This document shows positions 57,972-64,000 of a stretch of DNA of 64,000 nt, in pieces (the first letter of the stretch is position 1; every line of letters begins with the position of its first letter). Made by a program: the position numbers and the translations under genes. This DNA comes from a virus, in the IMG/VR virus record IMGVR_UViG_3300033143_005193, positions 1 to 64,000 of that record; one strand, written 5' to 3'. The notes under the pieces are model-generated. The model was not told where the DNA came from and made no database searches. It was given only the letters and a program-made list of their open reading frames with translations.

Positions 57972-58634
57972 ATGAATAAAATAAAAATCATTAAATGTGA
58001 TAAAAACCCAAAAGTTCTTATAGTCACTCCTTTATTACCAAAAGATAAAATAAGCAAAGAAACAAGAAAAAGTATAAAAAAGACAAAAACATCTATATTT
58101 TGGATATCATCCTCTGGTGATAATAATATACCAACAAATGCCAGAATTGGCATAGATTGGTATAAAGAAAAATATGGTAAGTTACCACCATATTATATAA
58201 TGATTGATAATGATATAATTGCCAATAAAGGAATGATTGATAAACTGGTTAGAACTTTAGATGAATGTAAAGATGAAAATGTAGCATATGCTTATGCTTC
58301 TTTTGAATTTAAAGGATATGTTAATATCAAATTTATTGCTAAAAAATTTGATGTAAAAAGACTATTGAATAATAATTATATATCATCCAATAGTCTTATA
58401 AAAACATCTATAATTGAAAAAATAGATTTTGTTTATGATAATAAATATAAAAGGTTACTTGATTGGGCTTATTGGTTAAAACTTCTTAAAAATGGATATA
58501 TAGGAATATCCTGTCCTGAAGCTCATTTTATAGCCAAATCAAGCGCTAATGATGTTTCAGCTGGATCTTCAAAAGATTTTAATTTAAAGAGAAATAGAGT
58601 AGTAAAAGATTTTATTTTACCTATGTCAAATTAG
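57972..58634 (+). CDS. GT-A fold glycosyltransferase (GT2-like)
   Basis: IMIDND DxD motif; RLLDWAYWLKL. Confidence 0.75.
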   Translation: MNKIKIIKCDKNPKVLIVTPLLPKDKISKETRKSIKKTKTSIFWISSSGDNNIPTNARIGIDWYKEKYGKLPPYYIMIDNDIIANKGMIDKLVRTLDECKDENVAYAYASFEFKGYVNIKFIAKKFDVKRLLNNNYISSNSLIKTSIIEKIDFVYDNKYKRLLDWAYWLKLLKNGYIGISCPEAHFIAKSSANDVSAGSSKDFNLKRNRVVKDFILPMSN

Positions 58635-58761
58635 ACCAGACAAAATCATTTGAATTATTAGTCCAAACGTTAGAATTTTCCCACTCATCTTCCATAAGAT
58701 CTTCCATCAAATCTTCTGTTTCTTGAATTTCTAAAATACTATCAAGGATATCATCAAACAT
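58621..58761 (-). CDS. 46-aa highly acidic protein
   Basis: Manual translation MFDDILDSILEIQETEDLMEDLMEDEWENSNVWTNNSNDFVWSNLT; AAGGA RBS. Confidence 0.55.
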   Translation of the reverse strand: MFDDILDSILEIQETEDLMEDLMEDEWENSNVWTNNSNDFVWSNLT

Positions 58762-58780
58762 TTTTCAATTCCTTTCCTTT

Positions 58781-59326
58781 TTATATTTTTATAGTTTTAT
58801 ATTGGTTATAATACAAATACAAAGTAATCATATCAACACATTCTTTAACATTAAAAATCTCTGTATCACATATTATATCAAATTCTTTTGGGTCATCAAA
58901 AGGATCTTGAATTCCGGTCATATTAGTGATTTCTCCATTCAAAGCCTTTTTATATAGACCCTTAACATCTCTTTTTATACAAGTTTCTAAGGAAGATTTT
59001 ACCCATACACCAACATAATTTTCTATACTTTTTTTATTTTCAACCCTCATTTCTTCATACGGTGTTATAACCGAAACTATTACATTTATACCATTTCTAT
59101 TTAATAAGTTACATACCCATCTTATTCTTTTGATATTATTAATTCTATCCTGTCTATTAAAACCTAAATTTGATAAATTTTCTCTTATTTCATCACCATC
59201 CAATAATTCTACTGGTTTTTTTACGCGATCAATTAATTCTTTTGATATTGTTGTTTTTCCAGAACATGGTAAACCAAATAACCATATTGTTTTACCTGTT
59301 TTCATTAAACCATTTTGCTGTTTCAT
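58781..59326 (-). CDS. cysC: Adenylyl-sulfate kinase
   Basis: IWLFGLPCSGKTT, LLDGDEIR, RDVKGLYKKA..GEI.NMTGI. Confidence 0.93.
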   Translation of the reverse strand: MKQQNGLMKTGKTIWLFGLPCSGKTTISKELIDRVKKPVELLDGDEIRENLSNLGFNRQDRINNIKRIRWVCNLLNRNGINVIVSVITPYEEMRVENKKSIENYVGVWVKSSLETCIKRDVKGLYKKALNGEITNMTGIQDPFDDPKEFDIICDTEIFNVKECVDMITLYLYYNQYKTIKI

Positions 59327-60230
59327 TTAAACCTTTCTCCAAATCAGTGAATTCGAATCCTTTAAAAGTGTTCATGAATTTTTTGTTATTAATAAACACA
59401 TTTTTAACTTCACCTTTTCTCATTGGTTTGTAAACCAATTTTATTGTATTCTTATTATATTTATCCATTATACTTGATAAAATATTTAAAACATTATTTA
59501 TTTCATAATATTTACCAGAAGCTAATTGATATATTTCACCTTTTTTTGTTTCACTGTTAGAGAATAAATATAATGCTTTTACTAAATCTTTTACGTATAT
59601 AAAATCTCTTGTTTGTTTACCATCACCATACACACAAAATTCTTTATTTTGTAATAATCTATCCATAATATATTTTGGTATTAAATTAAGTTTTTTATGA
59701 AGAGAATAGGGACCATAAACATTTGAAAATCTTAATATTGTTGTGTTCAAACCAAAAGATTTAGCAAAAGCCAAACAATATGCTTCTCCGGCTAATTTAC
59801 TGGCTGCATAAGGTGATTCTGGTTTTGCAACCATTTCTTCATGTAATAATTCTGGTTTTTCACCTAAAACAGCACCTGATGAAGCAAAAATGAATTTTTT
59901 TACATTACTCATTAATGATGCGTTTAAATAATTAAATGTACCATCTATATTATATTTCTTATCAAGTTTTGGGTTTTTCAAAGAAGGAATAACACCTGAA
60001 TTTGCAGCAAGATGTATAACAACATCAACATTTTTACATAACTTCATTGCAAGAATATCATTAGATATATCATCATTTATAAAATTAATTTTTTCGCTTT
60101 TTATATAATCATCTGTTTTAAAAAGTAAATTATCGATTACAGTTATTTTACTGGCTTTATCTTTTTTTAATATATAATTAATTAAATTGGAACCAATAAA
60201 ACCAGCACCACCAGTTATTAAATAATGCAT
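59292..60230 (-). CDS. NAD-dependent nucleotide-sugar epimerase/dehydratase
   Basis: ITGGAGFIGS, YAASK, RFSNVYGP, GDGKQTRDF. Confidence 0.93.
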   Translation of the reverse strand: MHYLITGGAGFIGSNLINYILKKDKASKITVIDNLLFKTDDYIKSEKINFINDDISNDILAMKLCKNVDVVIHLAANSGVIPSLKNPKLDKKYNIDGTFNYLNASLMSNVKKFIFASSGAVLGEKPELLHEEMVAKPESPYAASKLAGEAYCLAFAKSFGLNTTILRFSNVYGPYSLHKKLNLIPKYIMDRLLQNKEFCVYGDGKQTRDFIYVKDLVKALYLFSNSETKKGEIYQLASGKYYEINNVLNILSSIMDKYNKNTIKLVYKPMRKGEVKNVFINNKKFMNTFKGFEFTDLEKGLNETAKWFNENR

Positions 60231-60231
60231 T

Positions 60232-61104
60232 TTAACGCTTCCTTTTCATATTGTAAATTAAATTTATAGCCGGTTTCACATCATCTATACCAAAACCATT
60301 ACCATTTAAAATGTCTTTATATACTGAAATATGAAGATCTTCAAAAACATCATCAAATCTTATTTTTTCATTATCTATTTTTAATTCTCTATATTTTTTA
60401 CCTTCAGGGGCATATTTTTTATTTGTTGATAAAAACCATTCTATCCAAGCGTTTTCCATTTTAATAAAACCTGAAGCTAAATCTTTTTCATATTTTTCTA
60501 GGGAAAACTTTTTAATATCTGTATCAAATAACCATAATAATAAATCAAAAAAATGAATACCAATATTTATCATTATACCACCAGATTTTTCTTCTATTCC
60601 TTTCCAAGAATAATCATACCATAAACCTCTTGGTGTTATATAAGTTAATTTTACATCATAATGTTTGTCTTTTTTTATTCTTTTCTTTAGATTTATTAAA
60701 GAAGGATGAAGTCTAAGTTGAAGAACATTATAAATTTTTTTACCTGTTTCCTTTTCTACTATTTTTAATTGATCAAGATTCCAAGGATTTACTGATAATG
60801 GTTTTTCACAAATAACATCAGCATTGGATCTTAAACCCAATCTACAATGAGAATCATGAAGATAATTTGGGGTACAAACTACTAAGTAATCTATTCCTTC
60901 ATCTTTTTTTCTTAAAAGTTCCAAATGTCTTTCGAATCTTTCAGTTTCGGTAAAAAAACTAGCTTCTGGAAAATAACTATCTATTACACCAACAGAATCA
61001 GATATATCCATAGCAGCGACAAGTTTATTACCAGTTTCTTTTATAGCTTTCATGTGTCGTGGTGCAACATATCCAGCTGCACCTATTAATGCAAATTTTT
61101 TCAT
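60232..61104 (-). CDS. Gfo/Idh/MocA oxidoreductase, WbpB-like UDP-GlcNAcA 3-dehydrogenase
   Basis: FALIGAAGYVAPRH, TPNYLHDSH, CEKP, KSGG..NIGIHFFD. Confidence 0.85.
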   Translation of the reverse strand: MKKFALIGAAGYVAPRHMKAIKETGNKLVAAMDISDSVGVIDSYFPEASFFTETERFERHLELLRKKDEGIDYLVVCTPNYLHDSHCRLGLRSNADVICEKPLSVNPWNLDQLKIVEKETGKKIYNVLQLRLHPSLINLKKRIKKDKHYDVKLTYITPRGLWYDYSWKGIEEKSGGIMINIGIHFFDLLLWLFDTDIKKFSLEKYEKDLASGFIKMENAWIEWFLSTNKKYAPEGKKYRELKIDNEKIRFDDVFEDLHISVYKDILNGNGFGIDDVKPAINLIYNMKRKR

Positions 61105-61526
61105 TTCATTGGCCTCGCGGGATTTCCAATAACTTTTTCATTTTCTTTTATATCTTTTGTTACAACGGAACCAGCTGCAATAAAACAATTTTTTCCTAGT
61201 TTTATACCTGGCAAAATTGTTACACTACCACCAATAGTTACATTATCCTCAACAATAATTTTCATCCAATATTTTCCTTTAGATGGTGGATATTTATCAT
61301 TAAGAAATGTCGTGTTTGGTCCAATAAAAACATTGTTTCCTATTTCTACACCAGATGGTATAAAAACAAATGATTGGATTTTACAATTATCACCTATTAT
61401 AACATCTTTACATATTTCGACAAAATTACTTATTTTTACATTGTTTCCTATTTTACAATTATATAAGTTTATAAGGTTTTCATCATATATTATTAAATTT
61501 TCACCTATTATACAATCTTTTATCAT
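61101..61526 (-). CDS. Hexapeptide-repeat acyltransferase (WbpD/FdtC-like)
   Basis: IG.N repeats; FLNDKYP; AGSVVTKD; GNPAR. Confidence 0.88.
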   Translation of the reverse strand: MIKDCIIGENLIIYDENLINLYNCKIGNNVKISNFVEICKDVIIGDNCKIQSFVFIPSGVEIGNNVFIGPNTTFLNDKYPPSKGKYWMKIIVEDNVTIGGSVTILPGIKLGKNCFIAAGSVVTKDIKENEKVIGNPARPMK

Positions 61527-62410
61527 AGAAAACTCTCTATATGTTTATATAATTGTTTTATTCTTATGTTATCAGTATGTTTTTCTTCTATTTCATTTCT
61601 CGCATTTTTTGACATTTCAATAGCTAATTCTCTATTAAATAATACTTTTCTTGTGTTTTTGACTATATCTGTCATATCTTCATTGTATGTTATATAACAA
61701 TCTGTTTTAAAAAGTGTTTTTTCGTTTTCATTGAGTGAATTTATTAAAGGAATTGAACCACTTGCCATGATTTCAAATGTTTTAGCATGAATAGAATTTT
61801 TTTCAGCAGATGATAACATACAAACATATTTTCTTAATATTTCTGGATATTCACTTAAAACTCTACCATGATCTTTTAATAAATTACTTTTATACAATAC
61901 TTCTATAGCTTTTTTTCTTATTTTATAAGTATTGGTGCAAGTACCAGCAAAACCAACTTTTTTTATTTTATTATCAAAATTTTCTATTGGATAAAATTCA
62001 CTAGTATCAGCTGACCATGGCAACCATATTGTAGGAATACCTAATTTTATTCTATATTTTTCAGGAATATATCCTCTATAAAAAATAACATCAAAATCAT
62101 TATTTTCATAAAAATCAAATCTATTTTTTTCTATTATTTTCCAAAAATCAACAGCAATAATTATTTTCAAACAAGGTAAATTCTTAAAAAAACCATTAAG
62201 AAGATCATGTTGAGAATGGCACATAATTACGTCTGGTTTGTATTTTTCATATAAATCTTTTGGTTGTACCAGAAGCTTATTATTTTTCTTATCAAAAGCT
62301 TCTATTATATTAAATTTATTACATAAAGGCCCTATTTTCCTAATAAAATCAATATTAATTCTACTGTTATAGAGATTTTTATTTTTTTTAGTTATTAAAA
62401 TAATTTTCAC
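61523..62410 (-). CDS. GT-B glycosyltransferase (CgeB-like)
   Basis: VGFAGT...KTFEIMASG...EKHT...R. Confidence 0.75.
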   Translation of the reverse strand: MKIILITKKNKNLYNSRINIDFIRKIGPLCNKFNIIEAFDKKNNKLLVQPKDLYEKYKPDVIMCHSQHDLLNGFFKNLPCLKIIIAVDFWKIIEKNRFDFYENNDFDVIFYRGYIPEKYRIKLGIPTIWLPWSADTSEFYPIENFDNKIKKVGFAGTCTNTYKIRKKAIEVLYKSNLLKDHGRVLSEYPEILRKYVCMLSSAEKNSIHAKTFEIMASGSIPLINSLNENEKTLFKTDCYITYNEDMTDIVKNTRKVLFNRELAIEMSKNARNEIEEKHTDNIRIKQLYKHIESFL

Positions 62411-63023
62411 GTTTTATCACAGCTGGACACCCAGCAACCATTACATTATCAGGAACATCTTTTGTAACAACAGAACCAGCAGCAATGATACTGTTTTTTC
62501 CTATTTTTATATTTGGAATAATTACACTTCCTGTAAAAATATATGAATATCTACCAACAGTTACACCACCTGCCATTTTAACACCTGGTGCTATATTAAC
62601 AAAATCATCTATAATACAATCATGTTCTATACTAACACCAGAATGTATCATACAAAAACAACCAATATCAGAATAAGGGCCAATGTTAGCAAATGGATTT
62701 ATCAAAACACCTTGTCTAATAAAAGAAGATTTTGATATACTTGCTCTTATAGAAATAAATTTTGGATATATTATGCTTTTTTCTTTTTTAAAAAGATCTA
62801 TATATATATATTCCTTCTTTATATTATTACCATTTGATATAAAAACTTTACAATTTTCAGTTGGTTGAAATTCTTTCAAATCATTGATTTTTATAAATCC
62901 AATAGATTTTCCTATTTTTTTCTTATTATCACTGTAAATATTAATATTTTTATAACTATTAGAATTAGTCATATCTAAAACATATTTAGCTTGAGCACCA
63001 GCACCAATTATATTAAGACTCAT
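62388..63023 (-). CDS. PglD/NeuD-family sugar acetyltransferase
   Basis: IIGAGAQAK; IEHDC; AGSVVTKDVP; GCPA. Confidence 0.9.
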   Translation of the reverse strand: MSLNIIGAGAQAKYVLDMTNSNSYKNINIYSDNKKKIGKSIGFIKINDLKEFQPTENCKVFISNGNNIKKEYIYIDLFKKEKSIIYPKFISIRASISKSSFIRQGVLINPFANIGPYSDIGCFCMIHSGVSIEHDCIIDDFVNIAPGVKMAGGVTVGRYSYIFTGSVIIPNIKIGKNSIIAAGSVVTKDVPDNVMVAGCPAVIKRENYFNN

Positions 63024-63033
63024 TCAATCCCTC

Positions 63034-64000
63034 CTAGAAAGAATTTACTACATCAATAATTCTATTAAGATCTTTTGTTGATAGATTTGGATGATTTGGT
63101 AGTCCAACAACTCTTTTACTGAAATGTTCAGCTCTCGGATGTAAAATACTATCATATTTTTTCTTAAATATAGGTTGTTTATATAATGGTTCATTATATC
63201 TATGCCTGAATCCAATACCATTTTCCTTCAAGTGTTTCAGAAAATCATCTCTTTCATCATATATTGTAATAACAGGACACCAAAAGAAAACACATTCCTT
63301 GTTAGTTTCTATTATGTCCTTATAAAGAGGCATTACCTTTGTAGATTTTATGTTATTGTAAATATATAAGGAATTTTCAAATCTTTTTTCATTAAAAGAA
63401 TCAAGTTTTTTCAACTGTTCTAATCCAATAACACCAGATACTTCATTCATTCTATAATTATATCCTAAATAAGTATGAGTGTGTCTATCAGTCATACCAT
63501 GAGATCTTATTTGTTTCAATCTTTCATACATTTCTTTACTGTTTGTAGTAATCATACCACCCTCTATAGTGGTCATATTTTTAGTAGCGAAAAATGAAAA
63601 ACAACCAGCATTACCAAAAGAACCTACTGTTTTTCCATCAATTTTGGCCCCATGAGCTTGAGCACAATCTTCTATAACAACAAGACCATATTTTTTAGCA
63701 ATATTCATTATTTTATCCATATCACATGGCATACCAAAATAATGAACAGGCATAATAATCTTTGTATTTTCAGTTATATGCTGTTCAATATCATCAGCGT
63801 TTATATTACATTCATCATTAACATCAACAAAAATTGGATCAGCATTTCTCATCAAAATAGGTGAAATTGTTGCAAAAAATGTCATGGACGGAACAATAAC
63901 TTCATTACCCCATTCAATATTGTAATAAATAAGAGCCAAATGAATAGCAGCTGTTCCAGAATTACATGCAACAGCATATTTTGTTCCAACATAATCGGCA
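63034..64000 (-). CDS. DegT/DnrJ/EryC1/StrS sugar aminotransferase (5' end outside window)
   Basis: NSGTAAIHLA, EDCAQAHG, FSFFATKNMTTIEGG; frame open to window edge. Confidence 0.93.
   Translation of the reverse strand, partial: ADYVGTKYAVACNSGTAAIHLALIYYNIEWGNEVIVPSMTFFATISPILMRNADPIFVDVNDECNINADDIEQHITENTKIIMPVHYFGMPCDMDKIMNIAKKYGLVVIEDCAQAHGAKIDGKTVGSFGNAGCFSFFATKNMTTIEGGMITTNSKEMYERLKQIRSHGMTDRHTHTYLGYNYRMNEVSGVIGLEQLKKLDSFNEKRFENSLYIYNNIKSTKVMPLYKDIIETNKECVFFWCPVITIYDERDDFLKHLKENGIGFRHRYNEPLYKQPIFKKKYDSILHPRAEHFSKRVVGLPNHPNLSTKDLNRIIDVVNSF

Noticed and set aside
1-64000. tRNA/rRNA genes and alternative genetic code
   Set aside because: No cloverleaf or rRNA-like segment recognised by eye (tRNAscan not run); conserved genes are full length in the standard code and use all three stops

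Overview
Very AT-rich segment of a large T4-like (myovirus/jumbo-type) phage genome, read in the standard genetic code. Core modules: split family-B DNA polymerase (gp43A/B), baseplate/tail genes (gp53, hub, gp5 with a C-terminal M15 peptidase, PAAR, gp25, gp6, wedge, fibre), late sigma gp55, gp47/gp46, UvsX, NADAR, a Dam-type methylase, two homing-type endonucleases, an IS200/IS605 element (49715-51505) and a nucleotide-sugar/PAPS cluster. Most notable accessory structure: (1) about a dozen genes whose products start with a T4 capsid-targeting-like peptide, including six ADP-ribosyltransferase-like paralogues, i.e. a candidate virion-injected enzyme set; (2) an early-promoter operon of eight tandem RCC1 beta-propeller genes with blade shuffling and variable loops; (3) two copies, 18.5 kb apart, of a promoter plus a roughly 200-nt cytosine-free non-coding tract; (4) a 2.8-kb gene-free region of phased repeats, palindromic boxes and a G-quadruplex motif (candidate origin or packaging locus); (5) a fibre tip in which 17 His repeats mirror 17 Gly repeats. 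All protein calls come from motif recognition by eye; no searches were run.
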